DNA from: Candidatus Latescibacterota bacterium
Lineage (GTDB): Bacteria; Latescibacterota; UBA2968
Assembly (NCBI GenBank): GCA_965198115.1
Contig: OZ240241.1
Coordinates: 7,520,001-7,584,000, forward strand
DNA length: 64,000 nucleotides
Direction of reading: 5' to 3'
Each line of letters starts with the position of its first letter. Position 1 is the stretch's first letter. The position numbers were made by a program, and so were the translations under genes. This document shows positions 43,435 to 57,383 of the stretch, one piece after another. The notes under the pieces were generated by a model. The model had not been told where the DNA came from. It saw only the letters and a list, made by a program, of their open reading frames with translations, and searched no databases.

Positions 43435-44689
43435 GTGGCTGAAGAAAACGGATCGGAAACCAACGGCACCATTTTGGTCGCGCAATGTGAGCCACAGGAC
43501 CAGCATTTCGCGACGACGCTGCTCAGCACCGTCGGAAAATATTCGATCGTCGAGGCCAACTCTTCGACAGGGGTGATCCGGGGGCTGGTCGAGGGGCCGG
43601 ACCTGATCCTGGCCGATCCGCTCATCCCGGGAGACTTTCTTAGGATCGTCGAACTCATGCGACGCATGCCCAAGCTCAATCACGTGGCCATCGTGGCGTT
43701 GAGCGGCGGCCTGAGCCAGGTGGCCCGGTGTTCGGGGAAGGGTTTCAATGGTTTCATCGAGAAACCCTTCAAACCCGATACCTTCCTGTCGCAGATCTGG
43801 AGGATCCTCGACGCGCAGCCGCCCGCACCCGGCGACGGTAGTCCGGCTGAGCTGAACGTCGAGATCGACAAGATCGAGGGACTACCGACTCTTCCAACCG
43901 TCTACGCGCAGGTCGAGGAGCTGTGTGCCGATCCCGACGTCAATGCTGAAAAACTGGCGAAGGTGATCGAATCCGACCCGTCGATCACGATGACTTCTCA
44001 AGTTGTCCAACTCGGCGTTCTTCGGGTTCTCGCGAGAAATCAGGTCGATCGTGGATGCCGTTTCGCTGCTCGGGAACGAGACCGTAAAGAACGCCGTGCT
44101 GAGTATCTCCGTGTTCGAGGCTACGATGGATATGGAGACGTCGGCCGGTCTGGATATGAAGTCTTTCTGGCAGCATTCGACCGCGGTCGGCTCGGTCGTC
44201 CGGTTCGTGGCACATAAGATGAAGATTCAAAGGGAAGACAGCTTTACGGCGGGAATTCTACACGACATCGGTAAGGTCATTCTGGACTCCCTGTTCTCGG
44301 ACGTATATAAGAATGTGCTGGAGGCGGTAGAAGGACAGAAGATCTCGATTCTGGAGGCGGAAGAGCGGGGCATCGGACTCACGCACGCGAAACTGGGCCA
44401 GGAGTTGGCAGAGAATTGGGGGATCCCTGGGGGGCTGGCTCAGGCCATCCTGAGTCACCATCGACCCAAATCCGCCGACTCCGATGCCGAACTGGCCAGC
44501 CTCGTGCACATCGGCGACGCGTGTGCGCGCAATCTGGGATTCGGATCGGGTGGAGATCCCTACGTGCCATCGATCGACGCCTTCGCTTTCTCACACCTGG
44601 AGGTGAGTGGGAGCAACCTGATCGAATGGGAAGAAGAAATGAAGCAGGTCGTCGAGAAAGACATGGCATTCCTCTCCGCCATCGGGTAG
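43435..44689 (+). CDS. Receiver-like + HDOD domain protein (frameshift ~43995)
   Basis: FIEKPF, LPTLPTV, NSAFFG, FWQHS, GILHDIGK. Confidence 0.85.
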
Positions 44690-44694
44690 AACAG

Positions 44695-44729
44695 GAAAGG
44701 CCGTCATCCTTCAAGGACGACGGCCTTTC
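44695..44729. terminator. Bidirectional terminator
   Basis: GAAAGGCCGTC...GACGGCCTTTC. Confidence 0.7.
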
Positions 44730-44758
44730 ATTTCATACTCTCTGCTCTCTGTGCGACG

Positions 44759-45031
44759 CTATTTGTGCGCAGCCTCCCAAATCGGCTGGATTTTCTCGAT
44801 CAATTCTTCGTCGGTGGCCGACGATCGGACGATGTCAGTGAACTCATCGGCCGATATGCCCAGTTCCTCCAGGAACCTTTTGTCGGCTCCTCACGGATAA
44901 ATGTAATCACCGATCGTTCCCCGTAGAAACGCGCGTGCCTTGTCGGCGATTCTGGGTAACCAGGGAACACCGCCCATGATGAGTGGCCGACTGCGCGGTC
45001 GAAAGTCCACAGACTCACTCAAGCTGTCCAC
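44759..45031 (-). CDS. DUF5069-like protein, candidate selenoprotein (UGA at codon 47)
   Basis: Manual translation MDSLSESVDFRPRSRPLIMGGVPWLPRIADKARAFLRGTIGDYIYP-U-GADKRFLEELGISADEFTDIVRSSATDEELIEKIQPIWEAAHK; SD GGGGTG; SECIS-like hairpin. Confidence 0.75.
44858..44890 (-). promoter_or_regulatory. Candidate bacterial SECIS element
   Basis: GCC-GACAAAA-GGTTCC-TGGA-GGAACT-G-GGC directly 3' of the UGA; loop begins 19 nt after the UGA. Confidence 0.55.
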
Positions 45032-45076
45032 GTGTGCATCACCCCGCTTTCCTGTTAATTCGTCGATTCCCAGAAG

Positions 45077-45104
45077 AATCTAAGCCCTTTGTGGGGCGTG
45101 TCAA
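45077..45104 (-). promoter_or_regulatory. sigma70-type promoter for the DUF5069-like gene
   Basis: TTGACA-16 nt-TAGATT on the minus strand. Confidence 0.5.
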
Positions 45105-45178
45105 CCGCTCCCCCCGCTCTATCACGTTTACGTGTTGTGCCCCGTGTGTCTCCGCCCTGTGATGCGACCCTTCCGCGT

Positions 45179-45745
45179 TCATTCGGCGGTGAAGGTCGTC
45201 AGTGTCGTCTCCCCATAGGCTTTGCTGCGCGTCTGTGTGAATCCCTCGTGACTCGTGGGGAGAACCAACGAACCGTGGTGCTGGACGAGGATGCGTGTGT
45301 GCGAGACGCAAAGGGGAGAGGCAACGAGCGCTTCGAGTGCGGCCACGGCTAGGGGCACGCCCCGCGACTGCTCGTGGTAGGGCGGGTCGAGATAGGCGAC
45401 GTCTACGGCGCTCTCGAACGGGGGCGAGGAAAGGAACGCGAACCCGTTCTGACGGCTCAGCCGCACCCGCTCGGTGATGTTCCATTCATCGATCAAGTTT
45501 TTGACGAACGCGTAGCGCCGCCCGTCACGTTCGTTCATGACGACGTCGGCACCGCGGCTCCACGCCTCGAGCCCCATCTGACCTGACCCTGCGAACAGGT
45601 CGAGGAACAGCTTGCCCTCGAGGGCGGGCCCGAGCGTGGCGAAGGCCGCTTCCTTCACGAAGTCGGACGTGACCCGCGCGTTGCCGTATCGCTTGTTGTT
45701 GAAAGGGATTCTGCGACCCCGCAGACTGCCCGACACGATCCTCAA
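45179..45745 (-). CDS. rsmD: RsmD family rRNA methyltransferase
   Basis: LRIVSGSLRGR, FLDLFAGSG, YLDPPY, KAYGET. Confidence 0.88.
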   Translation of the reverse strand: MRIVSGSLRGRRIPFNNKRYGNARVTSDFVKEAAFATLGPALEGKLFLDLFAGSGQMGLEAWSRGADVVMNERDGRRYAFVKNLIDEWNITERVRLSRQNGFAFLSSPPFESAVDVAYLDPPYHEQSRGVPLAVAALEALVASPLCVSHTRILVQHHGSLVLPTSHEGFTQTRSKAYGETTLTTFTAE

Positions 45746-46041
45746 GGTTTCCTCGTCCGATCCAAGATTCTCCCTTTCCAACCTGTGGCCTGGGAATGGC
45801 TGCGGAGTATTGCCGAGTCACTTCCCCGACTAGGGCCACCATCCTCGGGCTGAGGCACATCTGTGTCCATCGGTGTTCATCTGCCTGCCCTGAGTAAGCG
45901 ACCGCTGTACCGAAGGGTGGTTCCTGCCTCTTCCGCTCTGATACGATATCCGCCCGACTCGCCGCCGTCAACGGGCGAGAACGTTGACTCCGGAGCGAAC
46001 ATTCGCCTACAATCGGACCGAACCCTTCACTCGAGGAATGC

Positions 46042-47337
46042 GTGCTTCGATTTCTTCTCCTGAGTCTTCTCCTGCTAACTCGCAATGCCGAAGCCGTCGA
46101 TCTGACGATGGACGGTCTCGTCGGTGCCGTGTCCGTCGACGAGGGCGTCTGGCAACGCATCGATCTGCGGCCGCGTTTACGCTACAAAGCACTCGAGGCG
46201 TCGATCGATCTGGAGCTGTTCATCGACGGGGAGGGCCGGATTCGGGATCGGGGTTGGGACTTCTCGAGCCGACGCAAAGGGCTCGAAAGCATCCTGCGAA
46301 AGATCCACTATGTGCGATACGGACGCCCCGAGGAGCGGGGGCGCCGGGTCTACTTCCGAGTAGGTGCTTTGGAGCGTCTGACGCTGGGGAACGGACTGAT
46401 CGTACGCGATTATCGAAATACGTTCGGTCGTCCCGGTCTCAAACGGACCGGGATCGACCTTCAGGTGCGCGGCTTTCTGTGGGAGTCACTGGCCATTCGG
46501 GGTTTCGTGAATGACGCGGTGGATCTGCTCGATCGTGGATCTCCTCTGGTCGGGGGAAGGGCCACGGCTGCTTCGTGGGGCGGACTGGAGGTCGGTGCGA
46601 CGCTGGCGATCGATCTGGACCAGCTGTCCGCGTTGCCCGATTCCGTGCGCGCGGGCAGGGGCGATGATGCTTACGGGGCCTACGGGATCGACGCGACCTA
46701 CCCCTTGCTGCAGAGACGGGGAATGTTCCTGAGCGTCTACGGGGGCGTGGCGAGGCCCGTCGCAACCGCCCGGAAGGGCACGGGTTTCCACGGGCCGGGA
46801 CTGCGACTCGTGGCCGGCCGCTTCTCCGCGCGAGCCGAGGCGAGATTCGTTCGCGGGGCGTTCGAGCCCGATCACTTCGATGGCCTGTATGAACAGAACC
46901 GGGTCCAGGTTTTCGACGACGGGACCCTGGTGACGCGTGAGGCGGGGGTTGCCGATGTCGACTTGAACGGGCTGCTGGGGCATATCCAGGTGAGGGAGGT
47001 GGGTATGTTCGGAGGTGAAGTGACGTACCAGCACCTACTCGGGAACGGTTCCGACGACCGGTTTTTGCGAGCCGTTCTGACGATCACGCCGGGATTTCTA
47101 GGCCCTTTGAAGCACGTCTCGCTGTCAGAAGCCTACCTCGAGAAACGGGATCGCGCCGGAACGGCGGCGGGCTTTTTCGAACTCAACGAAGACACGCGGT
47201 TCGGGTATCGCGTGGGTCTCCGTCCCGCGGGACGGGTGTCGGTCGTTTGGACCATGGAATTCTCCTACGACCCCGATGGCGCTGGGGGATTCGAGAGACG
47301 CAGAACGCTGAGTCTGCAGACCGTGTTCGGCCTCTAA
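46042..47337 (+). CDS. Probable outer-membrane beta-barrel protein
   Basis: Signal peptide (AEA), alternating hydrophobic strands, LTLGNGLIV..Y.N. Confidence 0.6.
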   Translation: MLRFLLLSLLLLTRNAEAVDLTMDGLVGAVSVDEGVWQRIDLRPRLRYKALEASIDLELFIDGEGRIRDRGWDFSSRRKGLESILRKIHYVRYGRPEERGRRVYFRVGALERLTLGNGLIVRDYRNTFGRPGLKRTGIDLQVRGFLWESLAIRGFVNDAVDLLDRGSPLVGGRATAASWGGLEVGATLAIDLDQLSALPDSVRAGRGDDAYGAYGIDATYPLLQRRGMFLSVYGGVARPVATARKGTGFHGPGLRLVAGRFSARAEARFVRGAFEPDHFDGLYEQNRVQVFDDGTLVTREAGVADVDLNGLLGHIQVREVGMFGGEVTYQHLLGNGSDDRFLRAVLTITPGFLGPLKHVSLSEAYLEKRDRAGTAAGFFELNEDTRFGYRVGLRPAGRVSVVWTMEFSYDPDGAGGFERRRTLSLQTVFGL

Positions 47338-47354
47338 CCGCGACACGACAAAAT

Positions 47355-47391
47355 GAAAGGGACCGCGCCCAACGGACGCGATCCCTTCGTT
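47355..47391. terminator. Hairpin between convergent genes
   Basis: GAAAGGGACCGCG...CGCGATCCCTTC. Confidence 0.45.
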
Positions 47392-47484
47392 TCTGTCAAC
47401 CCACGGTGCAAAAGCAGTCAGGGTTAGCTCCTGCAGACCCAATGAGTGACTATTTCTGAACCGTGAACACCGAACACCCGTAGT

Positions 47485-48618
47485 TCAAGTCGGCGGAGCC
47501 GTCTCCTCTGTGGCTTCGGCCGAAGCGGGTGTCTGCACGAGGGGCAAGATGAACGAGAACGTGCTCCCCCCACCCTCCTTGCTTTCGACCCAAATTCTGC
47601 CACCGTGCACTTCGACGGCCATCTTGCAGAACGTGAGACCCAGACCTGTTCCGCTCCGCCGCCTGCGGTCGACCTGGCCGAATTTTTCGAAGATCCGATC
47701 GAGATAGTCTTCGGGAATCCCATGGCCGTTGTCGATGACGTCGATCTGCAGCACCTCGTCGAGTCGACTGCACTTCAACGTGATCGTGCCGCCGCGTCCG
47801 GTGTGTTTGACCGCGTTGAGCATGAGATTGGAAATGACGCGATAGATGAGTTCGCGGTCGGCGGGCACGGGCGGCAAACCGTCTTCGAGATCGAGCCGGA
47901 CGTTCTTGCCTTCGGCCGCCGCCGGCGCATCGACTTCGTCCACGACCGTCTGTCCCAATTCGGAAAAATCCATCTCTTCCCGGTTCAGATTGAGCTTACC
48001 CTCTTCCATTCTGGAAATGTCGAGCAGGTCCTGAATCATGCTGTGGAGCAGGTCGGAACTCCGCTGTGCCGCTTCCAGACACTCTCTCGTGTCGGTCAAT
48101 GCGTCCATACCCACGATCTCGAGGTTGGCCTTGATCCCGGTCAGAGGGTTTTTGAGATCGTGTATGATCATCTGCGTCAGGTGCTCTTTCGTATCCTGGA
48201 GCTCCTGTAAGTCGCGATAACTTCGATCCAGGTCGTCGTGCAGTCGCTTGACTCTGACGAGAGATCTGATCCGTGTGAGCAACTCGAGTTTGACGATGGG
48301 CTTGGTGAGGAAGTCGTCGGCACCGGCTTCGATGCTCTTGATCTTGTCGTCGAGATCCTTCAGGGCCGTGACCATGACGATCGGGATGAAACGGGTCTCC
48401 TCGTCGCTCTTGAGCTTTTGGCAGACCTCGTAGCCATCCATCCTGGGCATCATCACGTCAAGCAGCACGATGTCCGGCGTGGATTCCTCCACCCGTTCCA
48501 GTGCTTCGACGCCGTCGAACGCGGTGGCTACCTCGTAGCCTTCGGGTAGCAGATAGGCCTCCAGCAGTTCGACATTCTGGGGGTGATCGTCAACGACGAG
48601 AATTTTGGCGGGTTCCAT
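47485..48618 (-). CDS. Hybrid receiver + histidine kinase
   Basis: ILVVDD, LLDVMMP, HDLKNPL, NLMLNAVKH, DNGHGI, GTGLGL. Confidence 0.93.
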   Translation of the reverse strand: MEPAKILVVDDHPQNVELLEAYLLPEGYEVATAFDGVEALERVEESTPDIVLLDVMMPRMDGYEVCQKLKSDEETRFIPIVMVTALKDLDDKIKSIEAGADDFLTKPIVKLELLTRIRSLVRVKRLHDDLDRSYRDLQELQDTKEHLTQMIIHDLKNPLTGIKANLEIVGMDALTDTRECLEAAQRSSDLLHSMIQDLLDISRMEEGKLNLNREEMDFSELGQTVVDEVDAPAAAEGKNVRLDLEDGLPPVPADRELIYRVISNLMLNAVKHTGRGGTITLKCSRLDEVLQIDVIDNGHGIPEDYLDRIFEKFGQVDRRRRSGTGLGLTFCKMAVEVHGGRIWVESKEGGGSTFSFILPLVQTPASAEATEETAPPT

Positions 48619-48619
48619 G

Positions 48620-49021
48620 GTCAGCTCGTTGCGTCAGCTCGTGGTGTTGGGCCGGGCGTCCAGGTATTCGCACGGTCTTCGGGACGGCGCGCGTGTCGAT
48701 GGGTTTTGAAATGTAGCCATCGCAGCCGGCCTCTTTGGCTTTTTCTTCGTCGCCCCTCATGGCGTGAGCCGTGAGCGCGATGATGGGCAGGTTCTCGAAT
48801 CCGGGTCTCTCTTTGATCATACCCGTGATCGTGAGTCCGTCGAGGCCCGGGAGCTGGATATCCATGAGGATAAGATCCGGTTTTTCCTCCTCCACCATCT
48901 TGAGGGCGTCGGACCCTGAAATCGCGGATTGAACACGGTAGCCGTGCGCTTCGAGGATGTCGCTGATCAGCTCCAGATTGAGCGGATTGTCCTCGACGAT
49001 CAGGACGGTTTCACCTGACAT
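48620..49021 (-). CDS. Single-domain response regulator (DivK-like; frameshift near 3' end, stop approximate)
   Basis: IVEDNPLN, LMDIQLPGLDG, ALTAHAMRGD, YISKPID. Confidence 0.88.
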
Positions 49022-51483
49022 CGCTGGCCACGATCGGAATAGGACACTGGTTTTTCATAGACTTAGCGAGCCCCCGTTCATCGAGGACGGCCGCGATATG
49101 GCGCTGGAGTCGCGTATGTTCGGGGTGGTCAGGGTCGATCGCGAGCGCCCGCTTGAGCGTCTCCCACGCTCTTTCGACGTTTCCTGTCCCCATCCAGGCG
49201 GCGGCCAGACCGAGCCAGATTTCTGGGTCCCCCGCGTTCAGACGTGCGGCTCGACCGAATGCCGCGGTTGAGCCACCGTAGTCCTTCTGTCTCAGGAGCA
49301 GCGCCCCGAGGTTTCGGTGGGCCATGTGCAGCTGCCCATCGAGCTGGATCGCTCGCACGTAGCGGGCGCGCGCACTGTCCGGCTTTCCGTGGTGTAAGGC
49401 TTCCAGCCCCAGTTCGAACAGTCGTCGGGCCGCAAACCCGCGCAGGAAGGTCTGTTCGCGGTCCGGGTCACGTCGTGTGAGCAGACGATAAAGGTAGTCT
49501 GTTCCGATGGTCTTGAGGCCCAGGTCGACGAGACCGACGGCGTCCCACCACGTAGGCCCCGCTGTGCCGACCTGCTCTCGCGAGGCGTCGTAGCGTCCGA
49601 GCTTGAGGTAGACTTCGGCGAGTAGCATTCGGGGAAGTGAGGCCCGGATGTCGGGCGATCACGTCCTCGAGGAGCTCGGCGGCTGCCGAGAGTCTTCCTC
49701 TCCGATAGTCCTTCGCGGCCTGGACGACCGCGCCATCGGGTCGAGTCGGGTCATCCAGGATCTCCGTTTTCCAGGCTTCGATCAACGACCGGTCGAACGT
49801 TGTCTTTCGGAAGAGGTCGACTGTCGGTCGGTCGAAGCCGGTGACGCTGGGTTCCGCATCCGATTCGTCGTAGTCGACTCCGAAGAATGTGGGCGCCCGT
49901 TCAACGCTGGCCAGATGGTCGAAACCCAGCTCCCCGGCATACAGCCGGTCGTAGAGTGAGGCGCCGAGTCTGTAGTGTGACCGGGCAGCCTGGTATTGAC
50001 GGGCCCGGTTTTCGCGAATCAGGATCCAGTGGTCGATGGGGTCGAGGGCCTCGCGAACGAGGTCGAGGACGTGAACGTCCAGGACGCCCCCGTGAGCACG
50101 TACGAACAGACTGCCCATGTCGGGTATGGCTCTCGATCCTTCCGGAACCATCCAGCGGGTCGGAAACCCTCCGGTCTCGGCGTAGACGACACTACCGTGA
50201 GGAATGCGCTTTTCGATCTCGCGACGGGCTTCGTAACGGACGTTCTCGGACGTGTAGATATCGGAGATGGCGAAGGCGGCCGGTGCAGTGAGGGCGAGGA
50301 GGAAGATGGCCGGAATCGCTCGGAGATGGACGTGCCAACCAGCCAGACGATGACCCAGCGCCGAGGCACACCACGCAGCGAAGAGAGAGAGTGCCGGAAG
50401 CATTGGCAGTGTGTATCGCACGGGTTTCGAGAACAGACCGCCGACGACGAGGAAGTAGGGCAAGACCCACGCGAGCAGGAACACGGCGTCCCACGTCCGC
50501 CGCCGAACCGCCCACATCAGACCGAGGATCGAGGCAGCAAAGACGGGAACCCCCTGAGCGGTCGGCAGAAGATCGGTCAGGTAGAACAGGTAGGGTGTGG
50601 TGCCGAAGTCGTAGAGCGTCCACATACGGATCTCTGTGCCGACGACGACATCGACGCTCGGTGCGAAGTCCCTCTGGTCGTCTCCCACGTAGAGCTCGCT
50701 CCTGTCGAGCAGGAGGAAGGGCGTCGAGGCGGTCGCGATGATCAACACGATGGCGGCGGTGAGGATCGACCGGGCACTGAAGAGCACGTTGACCCGGGTC
50801 AGGAACGACGAACAGGCCGAGCGAAGCGTGTCTGACGCAACGTAGAGATGCCTAACGACATAGGGAATGACGAGAAGCCCTGCGAGGAGACGATAGCCGG
50901 TCGCTGCGCCGACGGCCAGCCCACAGATGATGTAAGGTTGGATCGAGTCGCGTGGGAGTCTCAGAATGGCCAGCAGGCCGAGTGTCGTGAATAGCGTGAT
51001 CGAAACATCGACGGTGTAGTAATGGCACTGCTGAATGTGGCCGGGTGTCAGGGCCAGAATCGCCGCGGCTACCAGGCCCGTGCGTGTGTTGTCGAGTCGG
51101 GTAGCCAACAGGTAGACGGCCCAGATCGTGAGGACACCGGCCAGCCCCGAGACGGCCCTGGCTACGACGTGGGTCATTCGAAGATCGTCGTTCGCCGAAC
51201 CGTAGGGTGTATACTCCAGGACAGGCGACAGCGTCCTGTTGATCGACCAGAGGAGATAGGCGGGGAGGTGGCCGTAGGCGGTCGTGGTCTTGCGAACGTC
51301 CTCGCTCACCCATCTTGCGTTCGCGATCAGGGTGACTTCATCGGGGTGGAAGGGATGGAACTCGCCCGTTTCCGTCTCGGTTCCCCAATCGAGGCCGGTC
51401 AACCTCAGAACCCCACCCAGGAGCAGGATCGCTGCGAGCGCGATGTGGGTGCGACGCCAGTCTGCCGACGTGCGATCGGGCAT
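49011..51483 (-). CDS. GT39/ArnT-like membrane glycosyltransferase with C-terminal TPRs (frameshift ~49630)
   Basis: FHPDE, multiple TM helices, HYYTVD, RYTLP; TPR-like 49011..49628. Confidence 0.75.
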
Positions 51484-52207
51484 CAGGTGGACCGGAAGTA
51501 GCGGGCGTGGATCCGGAGCAGTTCGTAGGGGGCTCGCAACACGTCCGAAGGACGGATTTTGGAGCCACCCACGTCATGCCAGATTTGCAGGGGGAGTTCG
51601 TAGACCTGCTCGGCGCGGGAGACTCCGCCGGCCGGGAGTGTGAGCCAACGCGCGAGAAGCTCGACGTCGAAAATCCAGCGACTCGCGAACGGTTCGGCCA
51701 GGATGGTGCGCAGCTCGTCGGAGACACGGAACAGTTTTGCCCCGCATTGCGTGTCGTAGACGGCACCGAGAGAATGGCCGAAGCGGCCGTGGCGAAGATG
51801 CGGCCGAGATAGTGTCGGACGTTGCTGCGACGAATGTCTCGGCCGAGCAGGTTGATGCGGGCGCCGAGAACGAGGTCGGTGTTCGGGTTCTGCGCGAGGA
51901 CGTCGATGAACCTCGGGATCTCGTCGAGAGGGGTCGCGAGGTCGGCATCCCAGTATCCGACGCGGGTCGCACCCGCGTCGATGGCTTCCAGCAGACCGGT
52001 TCTGACCGCTTCGGCCTTTCCCATGTTGCGCGGGATGTGAAGCAGACGATGCGGCCCCCCCTCGCACAGGCCTTCGACGATCTTTCGGGTTTCGTCGGTA
52101 CTGCCATCGTCGACGAACAGGCAGGAGACAGAAGCGGGCACGTCCTGGAAGGCGTTCACATCGAGGCGGTGAGCCTCGTTGTAGCAAGGGACGACGATGA
52201 CGGTCAT
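51483..52207 (-). CDS. GT2 polyprenol-phosphate glycosyltransferase (frameshift ~51770)
   Basis: VPCYNEA, VDDGSTD, GKAEAVR, WDADLATP, DTQCGAK, WIFDVE. Confidence 0.85.
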
Positions 52208-52971
52208 CCGGTCTCCCGTGGGAACTGGAGAACGGCGAACAGACTGACGCCTGTCTTGAACGGCGGGGTGTTGTATCGACGGCCCGTCGCTCGAAGCAGA
52301 TGACGCCCCTCCCCCTCGAAGATTTTCTGTAGGAGACCGTTCACGGGCAACGGAGGCAGCCAGAGATCCGTATCGGCGCCGCCGAGGGTGATTCCACGCC
52401 AGGCGGTGTAGGCGCGAAGAAACCGAACGAGCGGAAAGAGTCTCGAGTTGAAGTGTGTGAGAACCAGTTCGACGACGTTCAGGGCTGCCCACCGTTTTCT
52501 GAGACTCTCGGGGGTGTAGCGCCGGCGATGTCCGTGGCCCGTGTCGTGGGGGCTCCACGCCACATCGGCCGCGGGTACGGTGATGAAGACGTGTCCACCG
52601 GGGGAGAGCACGGAGGCCCAGCTCTGGAGGAAGTCGATGTCGTCGTCGATGTGCTCCAGGACGTCGGCCAGAAGGATTGCGTCGGCCCGCAATCCGGGTG
52701 TCTGGCGTGGGTGAGAGGCTTCGATGAAGCGGATGTCGGGGTAGGCGGACCGAGCGTAGCAGAGCGCGGCTCCGGATGCGTCGATTCCGGTGCAGTCGAA
52801 GCGAGACCCGAAGCGGGCGATGTTGGCACCGGTGCCACATCCGACGTCGACGAGGCGACCGCCTCTCGGAACGTGTGCCTCGATGGTCTCGGCGAGGATC
52901 CGACGGCGGGCAACGAACCACCAGTGATCCCGTTCGATTCGGTCGTGCAGTTCGAATTGGTCGGTTCGCAA
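52204..52971 (-). CDS. Class I SAM-dependent methyltransferase
   Basis: HWWFVARR, DVGCGTG, DVLEH, WSPHD..GHRRRY. Confidence 0.88.
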   Translation of the reverse strand: MRTDQFELHDRIERDHWWFVARRRILAETIEAHVPRGGRLVDVGCGTGANIARFGSRFDCTGIDASGAALCYARSAYPDIRFIEASHPRQTPGLRADAILLADVLEHIDDDIDFLQSWASVLSPGGHVFITVPAADVAWSPHDTGHGHRRRYTPESLRKRWAALNVVELVLTHFNSRLFPLVRFLRAYTAWRGITLGGADTDLWLPPLPVNGLLQKIFEGEGRHLLRATGRRYNTPPFKTGVSLFAVLQFPRETG

Positions 52972-53000
52972 CCCTGGCTCGCGGCAGGTGTGAGAGGCGT

Positions 53001-55979
<2,979 letters not shown>

Positions 55980-55998
55980 GCTTCTGTATCCTTTGCGC

Positions 55999-57189
55999 TC
56001 AGACTTCGGAGAAGCCGCGGCCGGGTTCGTTCAGGATGAGGGGTTTTCTGGTGCCCTGAATGCGAGCGATTTCCTGCTCGATTTGGCGGACGCTCGATCT
56101 GCCTCGATGGGCGCCGACCGTGAGTGAGAAGGTGCGCGTCTCTCTCGCTCCGAGAGTGACGACACGACCGGCTTTGCGTTCGAATCGTTTTGCGTTCGGA
56201 AAATTCGTCGCGGGTTCGATGCCGGTCACGTAGCCGTCGTCGCGGGCGGCTGTGTTCTTCCAGAGCGTGAAGCAGGGAAGCTCGTCGAGGTTGTATCGAA
56301 GGGATGATCCGAACGTGCCGTTGCGGTTTCGGAGGAGGACGAGGGTTTCGCGAGACCTCCTCCGGGCAGCGAGTTCGAAAAAGTAGACTTGCTCGATGTA
56401 ACCCGGTGTGGGACCGGCGAATCGATCGAACGTGGGTATCCCTTTCACGGCCGTGGCGTCCCGTGGGGCGACTCGGCGGGTCGGAGCGAGGAGGCGGGCG
56501 CCCGCCTCGAGGAGAGGCTCGCCGTAGTTGCAGTGATACAGCAGCTGCAGTTCGGCTTTTTTTCGGTTGAGATTGGTCACGCGGTCCTCGATCCGAACCT
56601 CATTGGAGCCGATGCGGGTCGAGATTCGCGTCGTCATTCGAAGGGCGGGACCATACATCATGGTCTCGTCGACCTCGCCCGTGATGCTGATCGTGTCGTC
56701 TTCGATTTCGACCGACACATATCGTGCGGGGGTGTTTGCGATTTTTCCGTGCAGCGGCAAGGAGACTTCGGCTTCGTTGCCGTTGTTGTCGATCACGACG
56801 TCCGGACCGGGCGCGCCGTTGTTGTCGAGACCGCACCGAACGATCCACTCGTTGAAGCCTTTCAGCCACCCCAACCCGCCACGATCGTTCAGGTTGACGA
56901 ATGCGGGATGAACGGGATCTTTGACCGGCGAATCCCAGCCGAGCTCCATCTCTTTGTACCAGGCCCGGAGGATGCCCATGCCACGGGTCGGCAGGATTGC
57001 GAATCCGAGGATACCGTTGTGTATTTCTACGACATCCACACCTTCTTGCAGCCCACCGTGGAGACGATATTTTACGATGTTCCAGGGTTCGGACACGCCG
57101 AGATTCAACTCTTCGTGGTCGAGGGTGAAATGTGGTCGGTCGATCCCGGTTTCGGCGTCGGTCAGCACCGTTTTGAAGTGCGAGATCAC
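55999..57189 (-). CDS. Aldose 1-epimerase-like (DUF4432) protein; start approximate
   Basis: [36 protein letters not shown]. Confidence 0.85.
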   Translation of the reverse strand: MISHFKTVLTDAETGIDRPHFTLDHEELNLGVSEPWNIVKYRLHGGLQEGVDVVEIHNGILGFAILPTRGMGILRAWYKEMELGWDSPVKDPVHPAFVNLNDRGGLGWLKGFNEWIVRCGLDNNGAPGPDVVIDNNGNEAEVSLPLHGKIANTPARYVSVEIEDDTISITGEVDETMMYGPALRMTTRISTRIGSNEVRIEDRVTNLNRKKAELQLLYHCNYGEPLLEAGARLLAPTRRVAPRDATAVKGIPTFDRFAGPTPGYIEQVYFFELAARRRSRETLVLLRNRNGTFGSSLRYNLDELPCFTLWKNTAARDDGYVTGIEPATNFPNAKRFERKAGRVVTLGARETRTFSLTVGAHRGRSSVRQIEQEIARIQGTRKPLILNEPGRGFSEV

Positions 57190-57307
57190 AGCAGGGACTA
57201 CTCCGTGGAGGGCTCTACAGTCGCGAAAAAACAGCAGGTTACGGCTTCTTCTCGAGCCGGGTGAATATACCGGTCCGCCCATGGTGTGTCAAATCTGAGC
57301 CGTCGCG

Positions 57308-57336
57308 TTGACAGGGCGCGGCAGGACCCCTATCCT
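57308..57336 (+). promoter_or_regulatory. sigma70-type promoter for ppk1
   Basis: TTGACA-17 nt-TATCCT. Confidence 0.6.
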
Positions 57337-57383
57337 TCTCATCCAAGCCCGTTGACCCGCCCGATCGGCGCACGAGGAACGTC

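Noticed and set aside
44800-45018. 72-aa ORF in the track
   Set aside because: Alternative frame of the DUF5069-like UGA-containing gene, which has the motif, SD and promoter support
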